Positions 8,828-19,124 of a stretch of 64,000 nucleotides of DNA are shown here, piece by piece. The position numbers and the translations under genes were made by a program. Under the pieces are notes generated by a model. That model saw only the letters and a program-made list of their open reading frames with translations, was not told where the DNA came from and did not search any database. The DNA is taken from IMG/VR virus record IMGVR_UViG_3300000115_000005. One strand, 5' to 3'. Source of the DNA: a virus. The stretch's first letter is position 1; every line of letters begins with the position of its first letter.

Positions 8828-9915
8828 TTTTTTACACCTGCGTATTGTAACTTTAACATAACTAGTTTACCTAGTTTACCTTTTGGACTACTTCTTCTAA
8901 AACCTGCATCACTCCTGGTTGTCATTTTAAGAGTGAGTTTTTTATTTGCTTTATCCATTAAATCAATAAACCACTCTTGAACAGAATTTTTATTCAAATA
9001 AGCTTTAACTTTAGTAACTTTATCTATAAAATTAACTAATGGGTCGCCTTTTTCTTCAGCTTTTGCACCAACAGCTTTAACTAAAATTAAAGGTATCTCA
9101 CCTTTTTGTGGAGCTTTTTGTAATCTAAATTCAGTCATAATCCATTCTTTGGTAGTTTTTACATCTTTATTTACTATTTTTACTAATTGTTCTCTGCTTA
9201 TTTTATTTTGTTCAATATATAATTCGTCAAATTTTCTAAGATTATTTTCATATAATTTGATTAAAGATTCTTTAAGAGTATCATTCATTTTTATACTCTT
9301 ACCTCTATATTCATAATAATTTTTTTCAGTAACACTTTTTGGAGCACCAACTTTTGAGTAAACATTTTCCCAAAGTCTTTTTTTTAATTTATCTTCTGCT
9401 TTAGAATCTATTTTTTCATAGTAAGGCTGTTTTAAAGTTGTTCTAACATATGTATTTAATAAAGGTTCAGCTGATTTTTCTGTTCCAGCTTTTAAACTAA
9501 TACCACTAATTGAGCTATCTTTAAACATAAAAAAAATATCACCGGGATGATTAGATGGCACACCTTTTGGTTTAATTCTATAACCCCAAAAAACATTTTT
9601 TATTGGATTTGAGTCGTTTGTTTCATAGATATAATTTGTAATAGCAAAAGCATTATCTAATTTTTCCTTTAACAATCTAGGTTGTATTCTACTAAACGCA
9701 TCTAATATAAATTTTTCAGCATTTGGTACATCACCCGGTGTGGTAAAACTTTTTTTAGATTTAGTGCTAGATAGATTTACAGTCTTAATAAATTCACCTA
9801 AATCCTCACCATTTTTCGGTTTAAACCCATTATTAAAAGCTAAAGCTGGGAATAATTCCGTAATCGTAGAATTTATTGTAGTCTGTTGACCGCCTGTTAA
9901 ATATTTTGCCATCAT
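8824..9915 (-). CDS. PD-(D/E)xK restriction-endonuclease-like protein
   Basis: HPGDIFF...ISGISLKAG catalytic-core pattern, with an upstream helix Glu (ITE). Confidence 0.5.
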   Translation of the reverse strand: MMAKYLTGGQQTTINSTITELFPALAFNNGFKPKNGEDLGEFIKTVNLSSTKSKKSFTTPGDVPNAEKFILDAFSRIQPRLLKEKLDNAFAITNYIYETNDSNPIKNVFWGYRIKPKGVPSNHPGDIFFMFKDSSISGISLKAGTEKSAEPLLNTYVRTTLKQPYYEKIDSKAEDKLKKRLWENVYSKVGAPKSVTEKNYYEYRGKSIKMNDTLKESLIKLYENNLRKFDELYIEQNKISREQLVKIVNKDVKTTKEWIMTEFRLQKAPQKGEIPLILVKAVGAKAEEKGDPLVNFIDKVTKVKAYLNKNSVQEWFIDLMDKANKKLTLKMTTRSDAGFRRSSPKGKLGKLVMLKLQYAGVKK

Positions 9916-9916
9916 G

Positions 9917-9924
9917 TATTTATG
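9917..9924 (-). promoter_or_regulatory. Late promoter variant CATAAATA
   Basis: One mismatch to TATAAATA, immediately before the ATGs at 9915/9912 (possibly a leaderless transcript). Confidence 0.5.
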
Positions 9925-9933
9925 ATAACACGA

Positions 9934-11052
9934 TTATCGAATTATGTCAATCTCTTTATCACCTGTCCATACTTCTAAGTCTTTTCTGAGTCTTTTGTCG
10001 TTTTTAAGAGACATATATCTGCTTGAGGCCTTCTTGACCCACCATTTAAATATATTCTCCAGATAGTGTTTATCGTGGTTATCCTTGTCTGGAATCAACT
10101 TATCTGTCTTACCAGTCACTACATCAACAAAGTTTGAGAAACCATAATTACAAGCGTAATATCGTTTCTTTTCAGTTAAATTAAGAGCTTTATTGATTGT
10201 TTTATTATATCTTTCCAAATCCTCACCATCTAAATTAGCCTTGATAAGAGCCTGTATTTTTGTAGATATTTTAAGTTTTCTTGATGAGGCATCTTCTGGT
10301 ACTATCGGTTCACCAACAGCTTTTTCCATATAATCTCTTAAATCTTCATATGGTTTGCCGTGCATCAACGGTAAAAAATTAGAATCTGTAAGACCTTTAA
10401 ATCGTAAAAATGGCTTCATGCCATCATACTGTGAACTAGACTTTGATGAACCATACAAACTGGTCGTTTCAAATAAACAAGTATTCATACCTGGATATTT
10501 TGTATTCATTCTTTCACGAACAAAGTGTGAACAACAAATACCAGCCAATAATTTACCACCAAGGTAATTAAAACCAAATGGTTGTGATGGCACAATTGCA
10601 AAACCCATAATTGATGTTTTATTAAATGATACTGCTGTTTTAGCATCTTGTGTAAAAACACAATCTAATAGTTGATTTCTTGGTTTCATATTAATTACAG
10701 GAGAACCAATACGAATAAAACCAAGCCACTTTTTACTATTCGTTTCTAATACACCTAATCGTAATGATTTTCCTGGAATACTTGTCATATTGGAATGAGA
10801 TGAAATAATTTTAACATAAATGTCCCACATATTTTGGTTCATTTCATGTATTTCTATATTCATATCTTCTGGGTGCATATCAAAGTTATCAAATAAATCT
10901 ATTTCAGGTCCCATTCCTGGTAATCCAAAGGACATTTTTTCAACTGTACTTACTTTTTGATCACGAATATAATCTGCAATACCATCAAATTTATCAAAGT
11001 AATCTGAGAATACTTTGGCACCGTGTATAGCTTGTTCTTTAGTTATTTTCAT
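9934..11052 (-). CDS. DUF4338/DruA-like protein, copy 1
   Basis: IVPSQPFGFNYLGGKLLA and ETTSLYG..SSQYD motifs, shared with 29431-30714. Confidence 0.6.
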   Translation of the reverse strand: MKITKEQAIHGAKVFSDYFDKFDGIADYIRDQKVSTVEKMSFGLPGMGPEIDLFDNFDMHPEDMNIEIHEMNQNMWDIYVKIISSHSNMTSIPGKSLRLGVLETNSKKWLGFIRIGSPVINMKPRNQLLDCVFTQDAKTAVSFNKTSIMGFAIVPSQPFGFNYLGGKLLAGICCSHFVRERMNTKYPGMNTCLFETTSLYGSSKSSSQYDGMKPFLRFKGLTDSNFLPLMHGKPYEDLRDYMEKAVGEPIVPEDASSRKLKISTKIQALIKANLDGEDLERYNKTINKALNLTEKKRYYACNYGFSNFVDVVTGKTDKLIPDKDNHDKHYLENIFKWWVKKASSRYMSLKNDKRLRKDLEVWTGDKEIDIIR

Positions 11053-12458
11053 ATTTTAAAGTCACCGAATTTGTCATCAAATCTTTTCTCATTCTTACCA
11101 AATGAATTTAGAGGTTTATCAGGACCTTTGTCATCTTGACCAGATTCTATAATGCCATCTTGACCCGATTGTTCTACATCATATAACTTCATTTTAGCTC
11201 TATCAACACCAACGATAAACTTTTTGAAATAACTTGGATCTGCATAACGATTCTTTTGTTGTTTCACAAGTATTTGATTGAGTTGTTCTAGTTCTTCATT
11301 TGATACAATAGAAAACATAAAGTCTGCTGTTGCAGGTAAACCAAATGATTCTGAAACATCTTCAAGACCTGGATCTGAGTTTGTATAACCAGACCTAGTT
11401 GTTTGTGTTGCTGATACAACTGGTAACTCATACTCAACTGCAAGGCCTCTTAATTCTTCTGCAATGGCCTTTATGAATGTATATGAATTAATATTATTAC
11501 CAGGTTTCATTCTTGCTGAAGTACAAATATTTAAGTAATCAACAAATATTATATCAGGTTTGAATTGTTTTTTCAATGTTAACTCACTTAATAATGCACG
11601 AAAATGTAAAGTAGATGCAGCTGCTGTTGGATATTCTTTAATGATTAATTGGCCTTGTGTCTTTGCTTTTAATACATTAAACTTAGCTTCGTAATCTTCT
11701 TTTGAAACTGATCTCAAATCATTCAAACTAATATTTAATAAGTTAGCATCAATTCTTTCTGCAATCTTTTCTTCAGCCATTTCCATGGTAATGTATAAAA
11801 CATTATTACCTTGAGATATACAAGCTGATGCCATATGACACATAAACAAACTTTTACCAACACCTGTACCTGCCATAATTACATTCAAGGTTTTAATTGG
11901 TAAACCACCTTTTGTAATCTTATTAAATATATCAAGATCAAAGCTCACTCTATTTTCAACTTTATGATAAAAATCAAATCTTTCACTAAAATCATTTATG
12001 TAATCATGACCAATGTGTGTATCAAAAGAAACACCAAGTGCATCACTTAAAAGTTTTGGTATTTCACCTTTAGATTTTTTTGTATTTTTATCATCAAGAA
12101 TAGAAACAGAGTTCATGATGGCATTGTAAATGGCCTTATCTTGACAAAACTTTTCAGTTTGGTCTATAAGCCAATTCAATTCTACTTCTTCATCTTTACT
12201 CTTTTTTATTTCTTGTAGAAGCTCTATTGATTTAGAAACTTCATCTTCTGTAAGATTTTTCTTTTCTGTAAAATTAATTACAAGAACTTCATGTGTAGGA
12301 AGATTTTCATATTCATTTACAAAATCAAAAATTTCACGAAATACTTTCCTTTCTACTGACTCTGAAAAGTAATCAGGTTGTATAAAAGGTAAAACTTTTC
12401 GGGTAAACTCTTCATTGTAAACTAAGTTTTTCAGTATTGTCTGTTCTAGTCTCATCAT
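11049..12458 (-). CDS. gp41: Replicative DNA helicase
   Basis: MAGTGVGKS Walker A, YITMEMAEE, FVDYLNI, SATQTTRSG, SESFGLPATAD. Confidence 0.97.
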   Translation of the reverse strand: MMRLEQTILKNLVYNEEFTRKVLPFIQPDYFSESVERKVFREIFDFVNEYENLPTHEVLVINFTEKKNLTEDEVSKSIELLQEIKKSKDEEVELNWLIDQTEKFCQDKAIYNAIMNSVSILDDKNTKKSKGEIPKLLSDALGVSFDTHIGHDYINDFSERFDFYHKVENRVSFDLDIFNKITKGGLPIKTLNVIMAGTGVGKSLFMCHMASACISQGNNVLYITMEMAEEKIAERIDANLLNISLNDLRSVSKEDYEAKFNVLKAKTQGQLIIKEYPTAAASTLHFRALLSELTLKKQFKPDIIFVDYLNICTSARMKPGNNINSYTFIKAIAEELRGLAVEYELPVVSATQTTRSGYTNSDPGLEDVSESFGLPATADFMFSIVSNEELEQLNQILVKQQKNRYADPSYFKKFIVGVDRAKMKLYDVEQSGQDGIIESGQDDKGPDKPLNSFGKNEKRFDDKFGDFKI

Positions 12459-13479
12459 TGTCTAATATATTCCCATAACCTATTTGATATTTTTCTTGTA
12501 CGAATGTTTTAAACTGCTTGTCATTTAATATATCATACCAGAATTCTTTTGTTTGTGTGGCATCAAAGCGTACTTTATCACCAATTTCGCCTGTTGTTCT
12601 ATCTACTTTTGCATACCAACCTGGAGAAGGTTTAGCTACATACTGACCTTCAATTGCAATATCAAGTAATCCAGAATACTTTTGAATACCACCATTAAAT
12701 GATACTGAAACTGGTATCTTAGACTTTTCTTTTACAAATCTAGATTTTTCCACATTAATAATAAAATTATAGCCTGTAATATCTTTACCTGTTTTTTCTT
12801 GTTGTCTACCAAGAATCCAAATTGTATCGGCTGAGTAATAAGATCCTGTGCCACCACCAACAATATCTTTAGGGAACATACCAATTTCTTTGTAAGTATG
12901 ATTAACAACAACTAAAGGTATATCTTTGATTGTAAGATGTGGTGTTATCATTCTAAACAGAGATTTAATACTTTTAGCTCTTGTCATATCTGCAACTGAT
13001 CTACCTTCAAGTGAATCTTCAATTTCTTTTTTAGATGCAAGATTACCAACAGAATCTAAAATAAAAATAACTTTATCTTCACTTGTAATATCACCCAATT
13101 GATTCATAATATCATGTTTCAATTCTTCAACATTTGTAACAGGTGTATGTAATACTCTTTCCATATCAACATCAAATGTTTCAAAATACTTTTGTGGAGT
13201 ACCAAACTCTGAATCATAAAATATGACCACGGCATCTTTATATTTCTTTAGATATGATGATGCCATCAATAAAGCAAAGGCACTCTTAAAATGTTTTGAA
13301 GGCCCAGCTAACATAGTTAAGCCTGGAACAATGCCACCATCAAGTGAACCTGAAAGTGCAACATTAACTATCGGTACACTTGTTTGTACCATATCTTTTT
13401 TATTAAAAAATTTTGACTTTGATAATATAGCCGAATCTTTAATTGTAGTATTCTTTTTCAATCTATCTAATAAACTCAT
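12412..13479 (-). CDS. uvsX: RecA-like recombinase
   Basis: AGPSKHFKS, FYDSEFG, DSVGNLASKKE, DMTRAK. Confidence 0.97.
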   Translation of the reverse strand: MSLLDRLKKNTTIKDSAILSKSKFFNKKDMVQTSVPIVNVALSGSLDGGIVPGLTMLAGPSKHFKSAFALLMASSYLKKYKDAVVIFYDSEFGTPQKYFETFDVDMERVLHTPVTNVEELKHDIMNQLGDITSEDKVIFILDSVGNLASKKEIEDSLEGRSVADMTRAKSIKSLFRMITPHLTIKDIPLVVVNHTYKEIGMFPKDIVGGGTGSYYSADTIWILGRQQEKTGKDITGYNFIINVEKSRFVKEKSKIPVSVSFNGGIQKYSGLLDIAIEGQYVAKPSPGWYAKVDRTTGEIGDKVRFDATQTKEFWYDILNDKQFKTFVQEKYQIGYGNILDNDETRTDNTEKLSLQ

Positions 13480-14298
13480 TTAACTATCCTTCATTTTTGT
13501 GATTTGATTTCTTGGCACTAGCATTTTATCCTTGTCTATAAAGAAGGAGTCTAAACTAGGACTAGGTGGTAAGTCAAGCTTTTTTTTCTTGTTTACCTTT
13601 TTTATTATAGTTTTAGGTTTTTCATTTTTATATTTTCTGTAAGATTGATTTGCGGCTATGAGTAATAATACCGCAAGAGGATCAAAAACAAATATGATTA
13701 TAAAAATTACAGTTCTTACAGCTTTATCTATAAATTGAGGGTCACCTTCACCATATAAAAACTCGGCGATAAACATAATTGGTCCAACTTCTGCTTTTAA
13801 TATATTCTCTTGCCTCAGCAGAGGTAATTTTTCTTTTGTAAGTTCTACCAATTGTGCTTGTGCATTTCGTATTTGTCTATCTGTTGTTCTTGCAACTTTC
13901 TCAGGATCATCACCTGCCTGTTTATACAGATATGTTAATCTTTCTCTAATTAAGTTTTCTCTTAATTCTATTTGTTTAATTTGCACAGAATTTGCACCAA
14001 CTACTATGTTGGATTCAATATGAGCTCTTGAGAGAAAGCCAAATATACCCATAGAAGTAATTAACATCACAAGTATGATAGCTGTAATGAAATATACTTT
14101 CATGACTAAAATAGTTTCTTTCCAGTTATTATATAACCAAGATACTGTTACAAGTTTTGCCACTTCTAAAACAGCACCCATTACAATGATTGGCCAAAAT
14201 GATCCTGGAAAAATCTGTGCTAAACCTATTACAGAATAATAAGCTGCAATTACTGATAATCCTATTGCTGTAATAAAAGGTAAAATTGCTTGTATCAT
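13480..14298 (-). CDS. Membrane protein with three N-terminal TM helices, a coiled coil and a C-terminal TM helix
   Basis: Hydrophobic segments; AAYYSVIGL, ITSMGIFGFLS, EVGP, FVFDPLAV. Confidence 0.6.
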   Translation of the reverse strand: MIQAILPFITAIGLSVIAAYYSVIGLAQIFPGSFWPIIVMGAVLEVAKLVTVSWLYNNWKETILVMKVYFITAIILVMLITSMGIFGFLSRAHIESNIVVGANSVQIKQIELRENLIRERLTYLYKQAGDDPEKVARTTDRQIRNAQAQLVELTKEKLPLLRQENILKAEVGPIMFIAEFLYGEGDPQFIDKAVRTVIFIIIFVFDPLAVLLLIAANQSYRKYKNEKPKTIIKKVNKKKKLDLPPSPSLDSFFIDKDKMLVPRNQITKMKDS

Positions 14299-14933
14299 TT
14301 TATATCTAATTCAAATTCTTTTGTGCCAAGTCTACCTTTAATATGAACATTAAAAGCAAGTGAGTGTCTATCATTGTCTGTTTCATTTTTACCTACACTA
14401 TGAATTGTTGATGATGGAAACATATACACATCTCCGTTTTTTGGAATCATACTCCAAATTTTTGAGTTAAATAAATTATAATCTATGACATCTACATCAC
14501 ATGAATGTGGAAAAATACCAGACACACTCAAATCTCTTAGAAGTGTAAATTCACCACAATCTTTCTCGCCAGTTACATCAAAATAATAAACACCAGAAAG
14601 AATACAATTTGTATGAATATGTTGTTGAGCCCAATCTCCAGATTTATGCCTAACTACCCATGAATTAGTAATATAAAATTCTATACTATCATGAGCTCTA
14701 AGTTCTCTATAAGCATATTTTATTATTTCATCATTTATTTTATCTTTTAATGATGCACATTCTGGGTTGTTAAGTATGTATTTATCTACACCATAATCAC
14801 CATTGTCTGATACCATTCTTTCAAATTTTTGATTTTTAAAAAAATCTTTAGTTGTTTCATCAATTAACAAACCCTGTTTTACATAGAGTGGTGTGCTAAA
14901 CAGAGGTACTATTTTATAATCTATTTCATCCAA
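14295..14933 (-). CDS. 2OG-Fe(II) oxygenase (TIGR02466-like)
   Basis: LFSTP, SWVV, HIH...LSGVYY, FPS..HSV, R.SLAFN. Confidence 0.8.
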   Translation of the reverse strand: MDEIDYKIVPLFSTPLYVKQGLLIDETTKDFFKNQKFERMVSDNGDYGVDKYILNNPECASLKDKINDEIIKYAYRELRAHDSIEFYITNSWVVRHKSGDWAQQHIHTNCILSGVYYFDVTGEKDCGEFTLLRDLSVSGIFPHSCDVDVIDYNLFNSKIWSMIPKNGDVYMFPSSTIHSVGKNETDNDRHSLAFNVHIKGRLGTKEFELDIK

Positions 14934-17448
14934 AAAAACTCTCCAATGAATTTGTTTTTTCTATTTCCCAGCCAATACATTCTACAATAAATCTTGTAGG
15001 TTCTATGAACCCTTTTTGAAACTGGGTGTCAAAGTCAATGTATTTGTGTAGACCAAACTCTTTTGGTATTCTTGTTGGAAAAGATAAAACATTATCTTTT
15101 ATTGGATTTGGTTGTTTAAGATATGTGAACTTAAGCTTTTCACCAGATTGAATCTTAGGATATTTTTTCTCAAGGCCCAATTTCTCTAATTGTAAATTAT
15201 ATAATAGAGCACCTCTGACATGAATTGGAGTGCCTTTCTTATAGATCAAAGTATTATCTTGATATGTTTTCAAACCATTACAACCTCGAGGAAAAGATAT
15301 TTCTTCTGGTGGTAAATTTTTAAACTCTTCTTTAAATTTTGCAATAAACTCTTGAACCTCATCTTCACCTTTTGTAACAATAATTCTAGTAAGCTCTTTC
15401 ATCTTTTCACGAATTGCATAAGGTGTTGATGACTTAATCATTTCAAGACCCATAATCTTGAGTTTAGGTGTTGTGTATCTAACACCCTCATTGTCATAAA
15501 CATTTAGAATATATCTCTTCTTAGCAGTCCAAACACCTTTATCTGCAAGTGCTTCACGTTTCATTACCATTTTTTGGTCATAAGCATGAACGTAATCAGC
15601 AAGCTCTTTATAACTTTTATCAATAAACGATTGTATCTTACCATCACAAACTTTGTCCATGAATTTGATAACTTCGTTAGTTTCTGGCTTTTCTTTAAAT
15701 ACTTTATTAACAAGCGTACCAAGTTTGAGATAAATCGAATCTGTATCTGATGCAACCACATAATCTTCTTTCGTATCAAGTAAATTATTCATGTATCCAT
15801 TTAATTTATTTTCAATCCAACGAATAGCTAATTGACCTGCCAATGTAACAGCTAGTGCCTGTCTTAGATCATAGAATCTAAAGTATTGTGAACCAAGAGC
15901 ACCATAAGCGGAGTTTAGTGATACTTTCTTTGCAAGTTGTAGATTATTATATCTTGATATTAAATGTGATAGTTCTTTACTCGGCTTCTTTTCATAATCT
16001 TTTTGAGCTTGTATCATCAACTTTTTAAATTTCTTACGATCTTCATACATCTCTTCCATCATCTTAGGTAAGAAACCTTGTTGAGTAGTTCTAAAGAATT
16101 GACCATTTGGTGTAAGTGATACATTGTTTAATTCTTTTGTATCCACTTTTTGTGATAAGAGTGATTCGACATTTACACCTTGTGTTAACACATCATTCAT
16201 ATCTTTTGTATATTCATCAGCATTAATAATAGTTTCTGGGCTAATATTATACATGATAAGTAAATGCGGATACAAACTGTTCAAGTCAAATGATGCAACC
16301 CAATCGTGCATACCAATTTGAGGTTCTTTTACATAAGCGCCTTCAAAAGCAGATATTTTCTTTTTAAATTTTTTCTGTGGTACAATAATATTTTTTCGTA
16401 GTAAATGATTGTATATTAAAGAATCCCACATTCTTGTTTGTGCAAATACATCTTCAAGATTTGTCTTGGTATCATATGCAAGAGTTAAAGCCAATTCAAT
16501 TAATTTCAACTTACCTTCAAGTTGTAAAATTAGATCAACGTCTTTAATATTATAGTCGATAAACTTCTGATAGTTTTCTTGATATAAATTATGCAAGCTA
16601 TCATACTCATCATACGATAACTTTCTTTCACCAAGTTCTACATTTGCAATCGCATCAAGCTTATATGATTCTTGTGATTTACCACCTGGTGCATACCATT
16701 TGTATAGTTCGATATAATCAAGTGCATTGATACCAGATAGATGATATGATATAAGCTCTCGCCCATTGAGAACAACTTTTCTTTCCCATATATTATTCCA
16801 AGGTGAGAGTTTCTTAGCAAAGTCATCACCAAACAACATACGAAAACGATTTACCAAATATGGTATATCAAAAAAGTCTGTATTCCAACCAGAGATAACA
16901 TCAGGATAATCTTCTTGCCAATGTTTTATAAATTGTTTACATAGATCATTTTCATTTTCACATTTGATGTATGTTACGTTTTCAGGACAATCATAGTCAC
17001 GACAACCAAATACAACCGAATTACCATTTAGTTGGCGAATACAAATAGCTGTGATTGGTGCTCTCGCTTCATATGGGTCAGGAAAACCGTAAGCTGAACT
17101 TACCTCAATATCAATTACTGATACATTTATATCATTAATATTCCATTCTATTTGACCTTTGAAATTATCTGCTATGAAACCATATTCAAAACGATCCATG
17201 CCGTAAATGTCAAAATTATCAACATCTTTATATTTACGTTGAAAGTCTTTTGCAGCTCTGATAGATTCAAATCGCATAGCATCTAAAGGTTCACCGTGAA
17301 TACCTTTGTATTGAGTTTCAGTTTTTTTAGATTTTACGAATAGGCTTGGCGTGTATGTTACTTTAGTCTTTACTTTTTTACCGTTATTTACACCACGATA
17401 AAGTATGTAATTGCCTTGACAAAGTACGTTAGTATAATGTTTAGCCAT
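14926..17448 (-). CDS. gp43: Family B DNA polymerase
   Basis: DIEV exonuclease motif, SFDLNSLYPH, KKVSLNSAYG, ASDTDS; start moved to MAKHY at 17448; no intein or intron seen. Confidence 0.98.
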   Translation of the reverse strand: MAKHYTNVLCQGNYILYRGVNNGKKVKTKVTYTPSLFVKSKKTETQYKGIHGEPLDAMRFESIRAAKDFQRKYKDVDNFDIYGMDRFEYGFIADNFKGQIEWNINDINVSVIDIEVSSAYGFPDPYEARAPITAICIRQLNGNSVVFGCRDYDCPENVTYIKCENENDLCKQFIKHWQEDYPDVISGWNTDFFDIPYLVNRFRMLFGDDFAKKLSPWNNIWERKVVLNGRELISYHLSGINALDYIELYKWYAPGGKSQESYKLDAIANVELGERKLSYDEYDSLHNLYQENYQKFIDYNIKDVDLILQLEGKLKLIELALTLAYDTKTNLEDVFAQTRMWDSLIYNHLLRKNIIVPQKKFKKKISAFEGAYVKEPQIGMHDWVASFDLNSLYPHLLIMYNISPETIINADEYTKDMNDVLTQGVNVESLLSQKVDTKELNNVSLTPNGQFFRTTQQGFLPKMMEEMYEDRKKFKKLMIQAQKDYEKKPSKELSHLISRYNNLQLAKKVSLNSAYGALGSQYFRFYDLRQALAVTLAGQLAIRWIENKLNGYMNNLLDTKEDYVVASDTDSIYLKLGTLVNKVFKEKPETNEVIKFMDKVCDGKIQSFIDKSYKELADYVHAYDQKMVMKREALADKGVWTAKKRYILNVYDNEGVRYTTPKLKIMGLEMIKSSTPYAIREKMKELTRIIVTKGEDEVQEFIAKFKEEFKNLPPEEISFPRGCNGLKTYQDNTLIYKKGTPIHVRGALLYNLQLEKLGLEKKYPKIQSGEKLKFTYLKQPNPIKDNVLSFPTRIPKEFGLHKYIDFDTQFQKGFIEPTRFIVECIGWEIEKTNSLESFFG

Positions 17449-17696
17449 TAAACGGGTATCTTTGATGTTTGTTGAAAAACACCTAAGGTGACCCATCTTT
17501 TTGGAAATAACATTTCACGACCTCTAAAATCATTCATATTTTTTGTAGGGTCTTGAACGAAACCAATAAGCTCTACTGATTTGTCAAATTCTCTATTTAC
17601 AAGATCGTATCTTTCTGCTCTTGGTAAACTATATTCTATAGCCATTTTCTTAGCAATTTCTTGCCTTGCATTTGGCTTCCATCTTTTCTTACTCAT
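17448..17696 (-). CDS. Hypothetical protein
   Basis: 82-aa ORF with GAGG RBS, downstream of the sigma70 promoter and coupled to gp43. Confidence 0.6.
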   Translation of the reverse strand: MSKKRWKPNARQEIAKKMAIEYSLPRAERYDLVNREFDKSVELIGFVQDPTKNMNDFRGREMLFPKRWVTLGVFQQTSKIPV

Positions 17697-17734
17697 AACA
17701 GCCTCTTTTCACATAAATTTTAATCATTGATACC

Positions 17735-17763
17735 ATTCTATCAGTATCAACCCCATTTGTCAA
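17735..17763 (-). promoter_or_regulatory. Sigma70-type early promoter
   Basis: TTGACA-AATGGGGTTGATACTGA (17 nt)-TAGAAT, pointing into gp43. Confidence 0.85.
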
Positions 17764-17785
17764 ACATAATATACTCAATTGCCTA

Positions 17786-18046
17786 TTACAAGAGTTCACC
17801 CATATCCAGTTTAAATAAATCATCTTTCAGTTGTTCAACTCGATCTTCTAATATCTTAATAGTTTGCCTTAAATGGCCTGAAGGATTTTTATGGCCATTT
17901 TCTTTATATTCATCTTGAAATATTATAATTTCATCTTCTAATACTCTGATACGAATTAATAATTCACCAACTGCTGTTTTGTTTATAATTTGATGTGTTA
18001 TATTATCCATAATTTCATTTGTCCCTAAAGCTTTATATATTTTCAT
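17786..18046 (-). CDS. Hypothetical coiled-coil protein
   Basis: ORF coupled by ATGA to the upstream gene. Confidence 0.5.
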   Translation of the reverse strand: MKIYKALGTNEIMDNITHQIINKTAVGELLIRIRVLEDEIIIFQDEYKENGHKNPSGHLRQTIKILEDRVEQLKDDLFKLDMGELL

Positions 18047-18660
18047 TCAACTATCCAATGGCCTAATCTATCACCACAAGGACTATCATACCATATTGAG
18101 TCTTTGGGTTGGGGTAGTTGTTCATCTTTCCAAACTGGGTAGATAACTTTGCCATTATGATTTTCAAAGTCATCATTGTATCTAAAATGTACTTCAATTA
18201 CTTTACCACCAATATATTCTATATTAGTCCAATCTAGATTGTGCATACGGTGATAATTACAAACATCAGTACCCAATCTTTCAGGAAAAGGCATCTTTTT
18301 GTCTATTAGTTCCCATTTATCAAAGCGATCTAATCTGTCTTGCCTTGGATAACCTTTTGCTGTGGTTTTTTGTTGACCATAATGATAGTCAACTGTAATG
18401 TGTTCACCTTTAAATACTTCACACCAAAAATATCCTGGTTCTATTTCATCTTCAGGTGAAAGGTTCTGTATTCTAGCACCTTTACCCATCATATGTATGT
18501 TTGTAATTGGTCTTACAACATAATCATTTTTTTCTGGAACTGGAACACCAGCTGGGCCACAAAGATGTCCTAATTTTTTTGATAGTATGAGTTTATCATA
18601 AACCCATAATAAAGACCAAGGTAATTTAGTCCATACATCTTTATCATCTATGATGTTCAC
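18043..18660 (-). CDS. ATP-grasp-like hypothetical protein
   Basis: YDKL, YVVRP...GKGA, WCEVFKGEHITVD, NIEYI...VIEVHFR match the ATP-grasp pattern. Confidence 0.5.
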   Translation of the reverse strand: MNIIDDKDVWTKLPWSLLWVYDKLILSKKLGHLCGPAGVPVPEKNDYVVRPITNIHMMGKGARIQNLSPEDEIEPGYFWCEVFKGEHITVDYHYGQQKTTAKGYPRQDRLDRFDKWELIDKKMPFPERLGTDVCNYHRMHNLDWTNIEYIGGKVIEVHFRYNDDFENHNGKVIYPVWKDEQLPQPKDSIWYDSPCGDRLGHWIVE

Positions 18661-19124
18661 TAAGCAATTAAGCCAAGCTTATAAACAGTCTTTCCATTTT
18701 CTTTCATGGCAGTCATTACTTTTTTATCGTTACCATTTTCATTGTACGATACATGAACCCATCCAGAATCTGGAATACCTGGTGTATAAAACTCAAGTAT
18801 TAATTGTTTAAAATCACAATTAGATTCTATCCACTCCGCTAACTCAGCATTTGCAACTCCGTTAATTTCTATATCGGCTGCAAATCCTTTACAATGGTCT
18901 GATGTTCTAGAACCACCTATTGCTGAATTAAGCTCAGGGCTTCTATATCCTGAATTTACTCTTACTGCTTTACCATAATTCTCTCTTACTGGTTGTAAAA
19001 CATTTTCACAAAGCAATTTTAAATTTTCAATTTCTTCTTCACCTGGTTCATTATCAATATCTTTTCTTGTAGCTGTTTGACTTTTAATCATCTCTTTCAA
19101 AGAAAAATTATCTGATAGTTTCAT
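18660..19124 (-). CDS. Peptidase M15A (Zn peptidase; likely endolysin)
   Basis: LSDNFSLKE, NSGYRS..LN..IGG...SDH..G.AADI, WVHVS. Confidence 0.88.
   Translation of the reverse strand: MKLSDNFSLKEMIKSQTATRKDIDNEPGEEEIENLKLLCENVLQPVRENYGKAVRVNSGYRSPELNSAIGGSRTSDHCKGFAADIEINGVANAELAEWIESNCDFKQLILEFYTPGIPDSGWVHVSYNENGNDKKVMTAMKENGKTVYKLGLIA

Noticed and set aside
14926-17448. Intein or intron in gp43 (also considered for gp41, gp17 and gp46)
   Set aside because: The ORFs are continuous and of normal length, with no splicing or homing-endonuclease motifs.
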